This document shows positions 18,262-28,543 of a stretch of DNA of 64,000 nt, piece after piece. The notes under the pieces are model-generated. The model worked only from the letters and a program-made list of their open reading frames with translations, had not been told where the DNA came from and searched no databases. Every line of letters begins with the position of its first letter. Position 1 is the first letter of the stretch. Position numbers and translations under genes: made by a program. Origin of the DNA: Halopseudomonas sp. (GTDB taxonomy: Bacteria; Pseudomonadota; Gammaproteobacteria; Pseudomonadales; Balneatricaceae); contig JBALWS010000005.1 in NCBI GenBank assembly GCA_036960405.1, forward strand, positions 10,137-74,136. Direction: 5' to 3'.

Positions 18262-18813
18262 TCAGCGAATCAACAGAGCAGCACAGAGCTGGCGCAGCTG
18301 GGCTTCGTCGGCAAGCTCCGCCGAAGAGGTGTTAAGTAGGCTACTACCGAAAATATAGCTATAGAACAGATAGGCACGGGCGTAGGCATCTTCTTCGGAA
18401 TCTGACAGCGGGCGATAGAGACTGGCTACCGAGATTAAACGCTGCTCATCAACCTGCGACACTACAGCAGCGGCCGCCGGATCACTACGCGCCCAATCCC
18501 GCACCGCTAACTCGATCGCATTACCTCGAGGGTTGGAGCGGTCCATATACAAGCGCAGCAACTCTTTGAGAATTTCATGCGCCGACTCATCACCGGCAAC
18601 CTGGCGCTGAATGGTCTGAATCCGCCCTTCTCGCCAAGACTCTAACAGCTGTTCCAACAACGCTGGCCGATTTTTAAAATGCCAATAGAAACTGCCTTTG
18701 GTGACCTTGAGTCGCTTGGCCAGCACCTCGACTTTAACACTGGCAACGCCCCCCTCTGCCAATGCAGACATCGCTTCGTGAACCCAGGCTTCGCGCTTGA
18801 GTTTTGAATTCAT
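18262..18813 (-). CDS. TetR/AcrR family transcriptional regulator
   Basis: VKVEVLAKRLKVTKGSFYWHFKNR HTH; ELAVRDWAR. Confidence 0.93.
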   Translation of the reverse strand: MNSKLKREAWVHEAMSALAEGGVASVKVEVLAKRLKVTKGSFYWHFKNRPALLEQLLESWREGRIQTIQRQVAGDESAHEILKELLRLYMDRSNPRGNAIELAVRDWARSDPAAAAVVSQVDEQRLISVASLYRPLSDSEEDAYARAYLFYSYIFGSSLLNTSSAELADEAQLRQLCAALLIR

Positions 18814-19021
18814 CTTGATCCCTGCCAACTACAACGCTTCAACACCAATCAGCTTAGCGCCAACCTTGAGCGCTAATCATACTGGCAGACCTCTCCCCTC
18901 GCCAGCCAAATAGCGGCCCAGCCACTCCTGTGGGTAGCGCTGAAAGTTATCAGGTAAGACGAAAGCACGGTGACTAGGCGGCAGAATGGTGCATTTTGCC
19001 GCCCAGGCCGAGAAACAGGTT

Positions 19022-19507
19022 TCAGCCCTTGGCAGACAACGACAGCGAACGCCCTACCCCCTCTGGAATAGACAAGCTTTGATGCTGACGGGCCATTGTT
19101 TGCAATCGCCTTAAGGCATTGTCGGGAAACGGACAGCTATGACCTGTCTGCAGATCGACATGGACCATGATGATCTCATTGGTAGCGGCCAAAAAGCCTT
19201 CGTCGGTATTGAACATCTGATGAAAGATGCGCACTTTCTTGGCATCAAACTCAAGCAATTGAGTGGTGCAGTTGATCCGCGCGCCTTCCTTCAATTCGCG
19301 TTTGTAGGTGACATTCATATCCACCACAAACATCGACTGTTGGGAGTCGCGGGTATATTCAGGGCCAAGCCCCAGGTTGGAATTAAACACATCGGTGGCC
19401 TGATCAAAGGCCAGCACATAGTAAGCGACATTCATATGGCCGTTAAAATCGATCCAGTCCGGTTGCACACAGGACTGGTAGCCACAAAAAGGGACACGAG
19501 CATCCAT
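19022..19507 (-). CDS. Thioesterase (4HBT-like)
   Basis: VQPDWIDFNGHMNVAYY, YKREL, FLAATNE. Confidence 0.88.
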   Translation of the reverse strand: MDARVPFCGYQSCVQPDWIDFNGHMNVAYYVLAFDQATDVFNSNLGLGPEYTRDSQQSMFVVDMNVTYKRELKEGARINCTTQLLEFDAKKVRIFHQMFNTDEGFLAATNEIIMVHVDLQTGHSCPFPDNALRRLQTMARQHQSLSIPEGVGRSLSLSAKG

Positions 19508-19680
19508 CTCAGTTCTCCATTTTTATTTTTATTGGAGTAGATTGAGAACCCACAAATAGGCCCTGATGCACCGAAAGGCAAGTTCAGGCACTTATTCAGT
19601 GATTCTCTTTTGGCCACTAAGAATACGAATTAATCTGCCCAGGGGCTAATGAATAATATTGAAGAAAACCACGATAAACA

Positions 19681-20601
19681 TTATTTATGCTGCAACTGCA
19701 CAAGCTCTGCACGCAGCACGGTCATTGCATCTAACACCCGACGGGCGTTGACAGGGCCCAAGCGCAGCATTTGTTTATGCACGGCGGATAACTGCTCCAG
19801 TTCAGGGTCAGCAAAGGTATACATCACCGAGGGTTGGGCCAGAGCCAACGCTCGAGAAGACACCGGGCTTTGCAACAGATGGTCGAGTGCCAGTAACACT
19901 CGGTCATGAAACGCCTTGCGAGGATAGCCGAGCTCGGCATACGCCTGCTGCATCTGCGGATAGTAATGCCGGTACAACTCTATCCATTGGCGGCTGTCGA
20001 TCGCGCTAAGCAGCTCGACATAGGTGTTATAACGACTGTAGTTGTAACCATCCAGCCAGGTCTGCGGGCCCTTTTCAGAGGCTCGAAACCGATCGTTCAT
20101 CGGCAACAACAGACTATGTTTACGCGGGATACTGCCGCTGGCCATATTGTCGATGGTCACGACCAACTTACGAATCAGCTCTTCATCGACTAGCCAATTA
20201 AGCAGCTGCTGGGTTGGGTCAAGCTGCGCCAACGCGCTACGAAACGGGCTATCACTGCTATTTAAATTGGCCTCGGGCTCCGTGGCTGTAGCCGACAGCG
20301 TAGCGGGTTCTCGGTTTAGCACCTGTTCGGGACGCAGTGATTCTGTCGTGGGTGCTATCGGCTCAACCGCCGCAGGACTCGCCACCGCCGACGACGACAG
20401 TGCTGGCGCTATCGATTCGGTAATGACCGGCGTTCGCTGTAGTGGAGAGGAAGAAGGTGGTAGTGGCGGTGATGAAAATTCAAAAGGTTGATCGTTAAGC
20501 AGCAGGTAACCCACACCGGCCAGTAACAACAATGCCACGACAACCAGCAATAGCTGCACCAAAGCAATACCGCGAACCGCCAGTTTCGAACACTGTGGCA
20601 T
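19681..20601 (-). CDS. DUF3014 family protein
   Basis: N-terminal TM, Pro/Ser-rich linker; LIRKLVVTIDN, YSRYNTYV, QQAYAELGYP, YTFADPELEQLSAVHKQMLRLGP. Confidence 0.88.
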   Translation of the reverse strand: MPQCSKLAVRGIALVQLLLVVVALLLLAGVGYLLLNDQPFEFSSPPLPPSSSPLQRTPVITESIAPALSSSAVASPAAVEPIAPTTESLRPEQVLNREPATLSATATEPEANLNSSDSPFRSALAQLDPTQQLLNWLVDEELIRKLVVTIDNMASGSIPRKHSLLLPMNDRFRASEKGPQTWLDGYNYSRYNTYVELLSAIDSRQWIELYRHYYPQMQQAYAELGYPRKAFHDRVLLALDHLLQSPVSSRALALAQPSVMYTFADPELEQLSAVHKQMLRLGPVNARRVLDAMTVLRAELVQLQHK

Positions 20602-20770
20602 AGTGAAATCCCCTTCTTATTATCTGCACAGCATAGCCGAGCCTTGTTACTGCGACCACAAAAGCGAGTATCGGTTCAGGGTCTATTTTGAAAAAGAAGA
20701 GTAGGAAAAGGTAATCTTTTTATAAAGATAAGTAACATTGAGCGAGAGAATTGCACAACAGGCTGTGCAA

Positions 20771-20800
20771 GCAAGGGGGCTTATTCGCAAGCCCCCTTGC
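20771..20800. terminator. Hairpin downstream of scoB
   Basis: GCAAGGGGGCTT-6 nt-AAGCCCCCTTGC perfect 12-bp stem; weak U tract. Confidence 0.65.
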
Positions 20801-20824
20801 ATACCCGCAACGGTTTAGATCGGC

Positions 20825-21481
20825 TTAAAATTCCATCTCAGGAACGTGATCTGGCACCACCAGCTCACCGGCCGTCTTAGCGATAATCTCTTCGACAGAG
20901 ACCCCCGGAGCGCGCTCCAGCAGGTGGAACTTACCCTCTTTAATCTCGATAAAGGCTAGATCGGTGAGCACCTTCTTGATACAAGCAGCGCCGGTCAACG
21001 GTAGGCTGCACTTCGACAGCAGTTTGGACTCTCCGTGCTTGCTGGCGTGGGTCATGGTAACGATGATGTTATCCGCACCGGCAACCAGGTCCATCGCGCC
21101 GCCCATGCCTTTGATTAGCTTTCCGGGGATCAGATAAGAAGCGATATTTCCTTCGACATCGACCTCAAATGCACCCAGTACAGTCAGGTCGACATGGCCG
21201 CCACGGATCATGGCGAATGACTCGGCCGAGGAGAAGATCGAGGCACCGGTAGCGGCCGTAACCGTTTGCTTGCCGGCATTGATCATATCGGCATCGATGG
21301 TTTCTTCGGTAGGAAAAGGCCCCATCCCCAGCAAACCATTCTCGGATTGCAGCATCACTTCGATCCCCTCGGGGATGTAGTTGGCCACCAATGTTGGGAT
21401 ACCGATACCCAGGTTTACGTAGAAACCATCTTGCAGTTCACGCGCCACACGCTGGGCCAGTTGTTCACGATTTAAAGCCAT
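20825..21481 (-). CDS. scoB: 3-oxoacid CoA-transferase subunit B
   Basis: VNLGIGIPT, catalytic LQSENG, KGMGGAMDLV, LTDLA. Confidence 0.95.
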   Translation of the reverse strand: MALNREQLAQRVARELQDGFYVNLGIGIPTLVANYIPEGIEVMLQSENGLLGMGPFPTEETIDADMINAGKQTVTAATGASIFSSAESFAMIRGGHVDLTVLGAFEVDVEGNIASYLIPGKLIKGMGGAMDLVAGADNIIVTMTHASKHGESKLLSKCSLPLTGAACIKKVLTDLAFIEIKEGKFHLLERAPGVSVEEIIAKTAGELVVPDHVPEMEF

Positions 21482-21484
21482 GTT

Positions 21485-22195
21485 TTAACCCTCCCCTTCG
21501 CTGCGCACGGTGCGCTGTTCGATACGTTTTTCAAACGTACCCTGGATCAATCGATCAACGTAGATCCCCGGCGTGTGAACATGAGCCGGATCCAGTTCGC
21601 CCGGTTCAACGATCTCTTCGACCTCCATCACCGTGATTTTGCCCGCGGTGGCGGCCATCGGGTTAAAGTTCATCGCGGTGTGGCGATAGATAGCGTTGCC
21701 ATAGCGATCGGCTTTCCAAGCTTTAACGATGGCGAAGTCGCCCTTGATCGACTCTTCCAAAATATACTGGCGACCGCCAAACTCCTTCACCTCTTTACCT
21801 TCACCCACTTCGGTACCGTATCCGGTCGCGGTGTAGAACGCGGGAATACCAGCACCTGCGGCGCGCATCTTCTCAGCCAGGGTCCCCTGAGGCGTCAGTT
21901 CCACCTCCAATCGGCCATCGAGCAACTGCTCCATGAAGAGTTGGTTTTCACCGACGTAGGAAGAGACCATCTTTTTGATCTGCTGGTCTTCGAGCAAAAT
22001 CCCCAAACCAAAACCGTCAACACCGGCGTTATTGGAGACGACTGTCAGATCTTTGGTGCCTTTACGTTTGATCTCGCCGATCAAGTTCTCAGGGATACCG
22101 CAAAGGCCAAAGCCACCGGCAATAATGGTCATGCCATCTTCGAGGCCGGCCATCGCCTCTTCGTAACTGTTTACCACCTTGTCAAAACCGGACAT
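21485..22195 (-). CDS. scoA: 3-oxoacid CoA-transferase subunit A
   Basis: [32 protein letters not shown]. Confidence 0.95.
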   Translation of the reverse strand: MSGFDKVVNSYEEAMAGLEDGMTIIAGGFGLCGIPENLIGEIKRKGTKDLTVVSNNAGVDGFGLGILLEDQQIKKMVSSYVGENQLFMEQLLDGRLEVELTPQGTLAEKMRAAGAGIPAFYTATGYGTEVGEGKEVKEFGGRQYILEESIKGDFAIVKAWKADRYGNAIYRHTAMNFNPMAATAGKITVMEVEEIVEPGELDPAHVHTPGIYVDRLIQGTFEKRIEQRTVRSEGEG

Positions 22196-22395
22196 CGGGG
22201 TGCTCCTTTTGTTTTTGTACTGAAACGATCGAATTCGGCTAGCAGAGTTGTTAAAAGCGTCAGCGCTTGGCTGAACTCAGCGCGGCTTAGCCTTAGTCAG
22301 GGATCCAGCATCGATCAATTACCATCATTTAACAAATTTAAATAAACAAACAATTGATTTAATAAATTTATGGAAGAGCGCAACTCACCAGCCCG

Positions 22396-24234
22396 TTAGC
22401 TGTCGACGGTCGCTTCGGCCAACGCCTGCTTCGGATTTTTGGGATAGTAACGCTCGGGTAAACGGTCGATATGACTAAAGAAGCGCGTGTCCTTGTACGG
22501 CATCTTCATAAAACCCGCGACCCCCAGTCCCTTAATCTGCGGTACCGCATCCAGAATCTGTTGCAAACAGCTAACGAATTCGGACTCCTGAGCAGGGTTC
22601 AGCAGCTTGAAGTGACTATGAATCTTGAGGTGGCGTTCGAGACTCTCGAAAATGATCAAACCGGTATGGTGCAACTGATTAAGCTGTTTGATGGTAGCGA
22701 TAATCGCTTCCGGTAGTTCCAGGTTCTCCTCGGGGTCACGACCGTCTTCAAAGTAAGAGTGCAGCCGACTCTGGTCTTCCAGGTCCGGCACCGCCGCCAC
22801 CTCGTAGGGAATATGCTGCTTGGAGTCAGCAACAAACGGCAGTACAGCGCTAGTTCGTTCGATATGCAGCGTGCAGCGCGCGTCGAACAGGCAGCTTTTG
22901 AAGATACCTTGCCGATACACCGAGCGCGCCAGATTGACCAGATTGTTGACCGTCGCGACAAAGGCTTCACGCTGATCGGGGTTGTACAGGTTAAGGCTCG
23001 AGTCTATATAGACCCCGTCTGTTTCCCAACGTACCGCCAGCCCGCCCACCACCGGAAACTTAGCCAGACGGCTGACGGCGGCCAGAAAAGCTTTTTCGGT
23101 CTCCCCCATACCTTGAAGGAAGTTTTTGTAATAACGATCAAACTGGACATCATCAATATCCAGATCAGGGCTCTCGACCCCCTCCTCTTTCAGGAACGCT
23201 TTACGCGAACTGTACACCACCGAATCCATGGTCCGTGCAGGCAGCACCCATACCGGAACCAGCTGCACCAGTGGAGGCTGCGGCAGGTCGATCAGCATCA
23301 GTCGATTGATACCGGCCATGTTGCGTAACCAGTAATCCCCCGCCTGCTGGCGCACCACAGGGTCGGCATCGAGCAACCGTTCCAATACCCGCGCCAGTTC
23401 CTGCGGCAGCCCCAGCGAGGTGGGAGGAATCGCATGATGACCGAAGCGGCTCGATTGACCCGAGGCCAAGGCATAAAGGGTTCCGGCTGCGCCCTGCTCG
23501 TCAAAGCGCGGCGTCGAGAGTCCTCCGTTGAGCTGTTCATCGCCAATAAAATACACATCGCCTAATCGGGCGTTGCTGTGCTGCAAATCATCCGACATCA
23601 ACTCCATCACATTGGCGCTCACGTGCTGTTGGTTTTGATCCAATTGAGCAAACACCGCCGAGCCCCAGTCGATCAGGCCAATCTTTTCAGTTGTCGGATC
23701 AAAGACAATATTGGAGGGTTTGATATCGCCGTGAACCAGCGGCCGCTGTGACTGCACCGAAGCACCACGCAACGCGACCAGAATATCGGCTAGCTGGGCG
23801 GCGATATGCACCACTAATCGCGGCGACAACGGCCCACACTGTAACGCTAGCTGCTCCAGATCCAGCCCCGGCACCCGCTCCATCACCATAATGGCTTGGC
23901 GACGAATCCGCTGGAACTCGATCAATTTGGGTACCAGCGGGTGATCGACCTGAGACAGCAAAAAAGCCTCTTCCTCAAGCCGGTCCTGAACATGCTGCGG
24001 TAACGTAATACGGGAAAACTTAAACACCAATTGGCGTCCCTGACGGTCAACCCCGCCAAAGACAAAACCAAATGCCCCCTTGCCGATCATCTCAATATCT
24101 CGATAACCCAGCTGTTCGAGCTGCTCCTGACACAGGCTGAACCAGTTCTTGAGCTTGCGCGCATCATCCTGGCTGAGCAGGTAGATAGACTGCTCTTCGG
24201 GAATATAGAACTGCTGTAGATCGGGTTTATCCAT
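22396..24234 (-). CDS. Hanks-type (Ser/Thr) protein kinase with unknown C-terminal domain
   Basis: GKGAFGFV, LVFK, alphaC Glu in RLEEEA, HGDIKPSN, DWG; no TM; start 24234 or 24243. Confidence 0.88.
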   Translation of the reverse strand: MDKPDLQQFYIPEEQSIYLLSQDDARKLKNWFSLCQEQLEQLGYRDIEMIGKGAFGFVFGGVDRQGRQLVFKFSRITLPQHVQDRLEEEAFLLSQVDHPLVPKLIEFQRIRRQAIMVMERVPGLDLEQLALQCGPLSPRLVVHIAAQLADILVALRGASVQSQRPLVHGDIKPSNIVFDPTTEKIGLIDWGSAVFAQLDQNQQHVSANVMELMSDDLQHSNARLGDVYFIGDEQLNGGLSTPRFDEQGAAGTLYALASGQSSRFGHHAIPPTSLGLPQELARVLERLLDADPVVRQQAGDYWLRNMAGINRLMLIDLPQPPLVQLVPVWVLPARTMDSVVYSSRKAFLKEEGVESPDLDIDDVQFDRYYKNFLQGMGETEKAFLAAVSRLAKFPVVGGLAVRWETDGVYIDSSLNLYNPDQREAFVATVNNLVNLARSVYRQGIFKSCLFDARCTLHIERTSAVLPFVADSKQHIPYEVAAVPDLEDQSRLHSYFEDGRDPEENLELPEAIIATIKQLNQLHHTGLIIFESLERHLKIHSHFKLLNPAQESEFVSCLQQILDAVPQIKGLGVAGFMKMPYKDTRFFSHIDRLPERYYPKNPKQALAEATVDS

Positions 24235-24251
24235 AGACACCATCAGAAACG

Positions 24252-24277
24252 ATAAATAAAAGGGGAGCAAGCTCCCC
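24252..24277 (-). terminator. Intrinsic terminator between bkd operon and kinase
   Basis: Minus strand GGGGAG-CTTG-CTCCCC followed by TTTTATTTAT. Confidence 0.7.
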
Positions 24278-24347
24278 CTCTGCTACATCCATCTCATAGC
24301 TGAAATAAGCGCGTCAGGGTTAGGCAAAAATGAACCAAAGAGCGGAG

Positions 24348-24362
24348 TTTACATATTGTAAA
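24348..24362. promoter_or_regulatory. Palindrome TTTACA-N3-TGTAAA upstream of kinase
   Basis: TTTACA-TAT-TGTAAA; same core as 28315-28337. Confidence 0.55.
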
Positions 24363-24410
24363 TGAGCATCTTGAGTTCGTTTTTAACGACGCCGTGACGT
24401 GCTTAGGCAG

Positions 24411-26015
24411 CTATGACAGGTCGAGCAGCATCGCCGCCGGATCTTCCAGATACGACTGCCACAAGGCACTGAAACGGGCGATGGTGCCGCCGTCAATGAT
24501 ACGGTGATCGCCCGACCAGCTGATATTCATCAGCGAACGCGCCACCACCTCACCGGCGTCATTGAAGCGCGGTAGGGTCTGGGTTTTACCCAGCGCCACG
24601 ATCGCCACCTCGGGAGGATTCACCACAGGGGAGGCGTAAGTCCCCCCCAGCGCACCGATATTGGAGATACTGATCGTGCCACCCTGCAAGTCGACGGGAC
24701 TAACCCGACCCGAACGCGCCGCCTCGGCAAGTCGGCTGACCTCTTGGGCGATCTCAAGAATGCTTAGTGTTTCTACCTTCTTGATATTAGGTACCATCAA
24801 GCCAAGCTTGGAGTCGACCGCCATGCCGATATTACAATGCGGCTGGTAGTGGATCTCGGTGCAATCGGCATTCACCTGACTGTTAAGGATCGGATACTGC
24901 TGTACCGCCAGCGCCAATGCTTTCATGATGAACGGCATCAGCGTCAGGCGAATCCCTTGCTTTTCGGCTTTAAGTTTCAGCTCGGCACGCAGCGCCAGCA
25001 GCACGGTAACATCAACCTCGTCACCGAAAGTGAAGTGCGGAATGGTCGATGCTGACAGCGTCATCTGTTTGGCCATCGCCGCCTTAATGCCGCGAATCGG
25101 CTCGATCCGAATCTCGCTGGGAGCAGAACTCGAGGTAACAGGCGCTGAAACCGTAACAGGCTCGATCGCTGCCACTGTTTGGCTGCCGCCCTGTTGGAAA
25201 CGAACGATATCTTCCTTCAACACCCGACCGTTCTTACCGCTACCCGATACCTGGCTGATATCGAGTTCAAACTCGCGAGCGATACGACGTACCGCCGGAC
25301 TGGCCAGCGCTTTACCACTGCGCACACCATTTACCGGTGCTTCAGCAAGCGCACTTTGCTGCACGTTAGAAGCCACAGACGCAGCAGCCCTAGTCGTTTC
25401 AACGACAGTTGCTTCGGCAGGAGCAAGGTCATCGCCATCTGAATCGGCAATCAACGCAAACAACGGTCCATGAACCTTGGCCGACTCGCCTTGGGCGAAG
25501 TAGAGTTTGGTCACTACACCGGCTTTGGGGGCAGGGATCTGCACCATCGCCTTATCGGTCATCACATCAACGACCGGCTGGTCCTCTTCGATACGATCGC
25601 CTTCAGCAATTAGCCACTCCACCACCTCGCACTCAACAATACCCTCACCGATATCCGGCAAGATAAAGTCTTCGCTAGCAGTGCCTGCGATCTGCGGCTT
25701 GCCTACAGTCGCTGTTTCTGTAGCTGCAACATTTTCAACCGCTGCCGTTTGTGCACTTGGAGGTTGAGCCGTGTCACCGCCCAAATTCACCTCGAACAGC
25801 GGTTGGTGAACCTTGGCACTCTCGCCCTGCTGATAATAAAGCCGCGTCACCTGTCCGGTGAAAGGTGCTGAGATCTGCACCAGCGCCTTGTCGGTCATCA
25901 CATCCGCGACCGGCTGATCCTCTTCGATCTGATCACCGACTGCGATCAACCATTCGACCAGCTCGCACTCGACGATGCCTTCACCGATATCCGGCAGAAT
26001 AAAATCTTTGTTCAT
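24411..26015 (-). CDS. bkdB: Branched-chain keto-acid dehydrogenase E2 (two lipoyl domains)
   Basis: Two LPDIGEGIVECE...TDKA lipoyl domains; ALASPAVRR E3/E1-binding domain; catalytic DHRIIDG. Confidence 0.94.
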   Translation of the reverse strand: MNKDFILPDIGEGIVECELVEWLIAVGDQIEEDQPVADVMTDKALVQISAPFTGQVTRLYYQQGESAKVHQPLFEVNLGGDTAQPPSAQTAAVENVAATETATVGKPQIAGTASEDFILPDIGEGIVECEVVEWLIAEGDRIEEDQPVVDVMTDKAMVQIPAPKAGVVTKLYFAQGESAKVHGPLFALIADSDGDDLAPAEATVVETTRAAASVASNVQQSALAEAPVNGVRSGKALASPAVRRIAREFELDISQVSGSGKNGRVLKEDIVRFQQGGSQTVAAIEPVTVSAPVTSSSAPSEIRIEPIRGIKAAMAKQMTLSASTIPHFTFGDEVDVTVLLALRAELKLKAEKQGIRLTLMPFIMKALALAVQQYPILNSQVNADCTEIHYQPHCNIGMAVDSKLGLMVPNIKKVETLSILEIAQEVSRLAEAARSGRVSPVDLQGGTISISNIGALGGTYASPVVNPPEVAIVALGKTQTLPRFNDAGEVVARSLMNISWSGDHRIIDGGTIARFSALWQSYLEDPAAMLLDLS

Positions 26016-26026
26016 CGTCCCCACCC

Positions 26027-27004
26027 TCAAAAGTTCACGCTGGTTTTAATCGCTTCAAATATCTTCCACTGGTCAGGGATGTACTCCTTCTCCAGTGCCA
26101 GCGGATAGGGCACATCAAGCCCGGCCACTCGCGCTGTCGGCGATTCAAGGTGGAGGAAACATTGCTCTTGAATAGTGGTCGCGATCTCGCCAGCAAAACC
26201 ACCGGTCAGCGGCGCTTCGTGACTGATCAGCAAACGGCCGGTTTTTTGAACCGACTCGGCGACGGTTTCGACATCCCACGGCAACAGTGTCCGCAGGTCG
26301 ATCAGCTCGCAGGAGATCCCCTCTTTGTCGGCCAGTTCCGCCGCCAACTCGAGATATTCCATCTGCGCACCCCAGGCCAGCAGAGTAATGTCGCTGCCTT
26401 CGCGCACCACTTCGGCCTTGCCTAACGGTAGCTGGTAATCCTCTTCGGGGACTTCGCCAACCGAGGCGCGGTAGATCCGTTTCGGTTCGAAGAAGATGAC
26501 CGGGTTATCGTCACGAATCGATGCCAGCAGCAAGCCTTTAGCCTGGTGCGGATTACGCGGCACCACCACTTTCAAACCGGGAGTCTGGGTAAAGTAAGCT
26601 TCGGGCGATTGCGAGTGGTAGTGACCACCGGCGATACCACCGCCATAAGGTGTACGTATCGTCAGCCCACCGACATCGAACAGGTTACCCGAGCGGTAAC
26701 GGAACTTGGCCGCTTCGTTAACAATCTGATCGAACGCCGGAAAGATATAGTCGGCGAACTGGATCTCGGCCACGGCCACCGAGCCTTGCGAGGCTAAACC
26801 GTTGGCAAAACCGATAATCCCCTGTTCCACCAGCGGCGTATTAAAACAACGTTCACGGCCAAACTTTTCCTGCAGATGGCTGGTGGCGCGGAACACACCG
26901 CCGAAGACACCAACATCCTCGCCAAAACAGACCACCCGCGGGTTGGATTCCATCGCGATATCCAGCGCATTGTTGACCGCTTGCAATAGGTTCATCTTAG
27001 TCAT
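26027..27004 (-). CDS. bkdA2: Branched-chain keto-acid dehydrogenase E1 beta
   Basis: [39 protein letters not shown]. Confidence 0.95.
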   Translation of the reverse strand: MTKMNLLQAVNNALDIAMESNPRVVCFGEDVGVFGGVFRATSHLQEKFGRERCFNTPLVEQGIIGFANGLASQGSVAVAEIQFADYIFPAFDQIVNEAAKFRYRSGNLFDVGGLTIRTPYGGGIAGGHYHSQSPEAYFTQTPGLKVVVPRNPHQAKGLLLASIRDDNPVIFFEPKRIYRASVGEVPEEDYQLPLGKAEVVREGSDITLLAWGAQMEYLELAAELADKEGISCELIDLRTLLPWDVETVAESVQKTGRLLISHEAPLTGGFAGEIATTIQEQCFLHLESPTARVAGLDVPYPLALEKEYIPDQWKIFEAIKTSVNF

Positions 27005-28196
27005 GCTTCACCCCCTCGGACTTGTCGAGTTGCGCGGCGCTATTGGGGTAAGCGTCGGGGTAGCGACGGATATGTTCTTTGAGCTGCTGCATTTGGATCT
27101 GTAGGTGCGGCGGCGGAGTATCGTAGACATCGGTAATCATCTCATTGATGTCTGGCACAGCCACTTTTTCGGCTCTCTTCATCGCCGCCATCACTGCCTG
27201 GCGCTCGGTCTCGAATAGCTGCTTATCTTGCTCTTCGCTCCACCAATCCTGCTGCAATAGCCAGTTTTTCATCCGCAACAACGGATCCCGGTCACGCCAC
27301 TTAGCTTCCTCTTCTTTACTCCGGTAACCCGAAGGATCATCCGAAGAGGAGTGCGCCGCCAACCGATAGCTCATCGCTTCGATCAGCACCGGTTCATTCT
27401 GTTCAACCGCAATCTTGCGCGCCTGACGGGTCGCTTCGAGCACAGCCAGAATATCGTTGCCGTCGACACGGATGGTATGCATGCCGTAGCCCAGTCCACG
27501 CGGAGCGATACCGTCACCGGCAAATTGTTCGCTCGAAGGAGTGGAGATGGCATAACCGTTGTTTCGGCACAAAAAGATCGCCGGAACTTTGAGTACCGAA
27601 GCCATATTCAAGGCAGCATGAAAGTCACCTTCTGAGGCGGCACCTTCGCCAAACACCGCGACGGTGCAATGCCCTTCTCCGGCCAGCTTCTGGCCGTAGG
27701 CATAACCGGTCGCCTGCGGCAGCTGGGTCGCCAAGGGTGAAGAGATGGTCATGTAATGCAGTTTGGCCGAACCGTAGTGGATCGGCATCTGCCGGCCCTT
27801 ACCGTAATCCAGCGCATTGCTGAATAGCTGGTTCATGAATTCATCGAGGGTAAAGCCCCGATAGACCAGCGCGCCCTGCTCGCGATACTGGGCCATGATC
27901 ATATCCTGATCATCCAGTGCGGCAGCAAAGCCTACGGTGGTGGCTTCCTCGCCAGTCGACTGCATGTAGAAACTCAGCCTGCCCTGGCGCTGCGAGGCGA
28001 GGCCACGCTCGTCCAGTGCACGCGTTCTCACCATGCTGGAATAGATACGAAGCGCCAGTGGCTGATCAATATCAGGCGACTGGGCGTTCTTATAAAGGCT
28101 ACCGTCCTGCTTCAACACCTTGTAGGTGGGAATTTGCAGTGCGTCGCCGCGGATAAACTGGGGCTTATGGATAGCCCGGTTAGTCGGTGTGCTCAT
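26997..28196 (-). CDS. bkdA1: Branched-chain keto-acid dehydrogenase E1 alpha
   Basis: [20 protein letters not shown] motif [10 protein letters not shown]...[13 protein letters not shown]. Confidence 0.95.
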   Translation of the reverse strand: MSTPTNRAIHKPQFIRGDALQIPTYKVLKQDGSLYKNAQSPDIDQPLALRIYSSMVRTRALDERGLASQRQGRLSFYMQSTGEEATTVGFAAALDDQDMIMAQYREQGALVYRGFTLDEFMNQLFSNALDYGKGRQMPIHYGSAKLHYMTISSPLATQLPQATGYAYGQKLAGEGHCTVAVFGEGAASEGDFHAALNMASVLKVPAIFLCRNNGYAISTPSSEQFAGDGIAPRGLGYGMHTIRVDGNDILAVLEATRQARKIAVEQNEPVLIEAMSYRLAAHSSSDDPSGYRSKEEEAKWRDRDPLLRMKNWLLQQDWWSEEQDKQLFETERQAVMAAMKRAEKVAVPDINEMITDVYDTPPPHLQIQMQQLKEHIRRYPDAYPNSAAQLDKSEGVKHD

Positions 28197-28314
28197 ACCG
28201 TCCTCTTTGTTGTTGTAATCGAGGCTTTCAATTGTTTACAGCGACTGGGTAAGCCACTGTCTCTAACTATAGCCCCCAGCTGGGTAAGCTCGAGGGAGCC
28301 GGTATTTTTAAACT

Positions 28315-28337
28315 AAACTTTACATGCTGTAAAGTTT
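28315..28337. promoter_or_regulatory. 23-bp palindrome upstream of bkdA1
   Basis: AAACTTTACA-TGC-TGTAAAGTTT. Confidence 0.65.
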
Positions 28338-28543
28338 TTTCAACGAAAGGCAGTTCAACCCCCACTTAAAGCAAACAATAAAATGGCAAAAAATCATCAA
28401 CAAAGGCTGCAGTTTCAGCTAGATATAAGAAGATCGAGCGATGCAGATAAAAAAGCCACTGCACCAACTAGGAATAGAGGCTCGTTTAGAAATAGCCTAA
28501 GTAGCCTGATGGCTTCGCTAACTAAAACAATTTGGTGACGGGT

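Noticed and set aside
19530-19592. CACCGAAAGGCAAGTTCAGG resembling a glycine aptamer core (also considered c-di-GMP-I)
   Set aside because: It is on the plus strand, antisense to both flanking genes, lacks the P3a spacer, and has no GGCAAA/GACGCAAAGC GEMM elements
21575-22345. 256-aa plus-strand ORF
   Set aside because: Antisense shadow of scoA; same reasoning applied to the other short ORFs overlapping assigned genes
24411-26015. Two lipoyl domains in BCKDH E2 and no E3 gene in the operon
   Set aside because: Known arrangement in Shewanella/Alteromonas-type bkd operons; E3 is shared from another locus
28228-28260. Possible sigma54 promoter upstream of bkdA1 (TGGCTTACCCAGTCGC on minus)
   Set aside because: GG-to-GC spacing is 11 nt rather than the required 10
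28315-28337. TyrR/PhhR box
   Set aside because: Arms are in the opposite order and spaced by 3 rather than 6 bp
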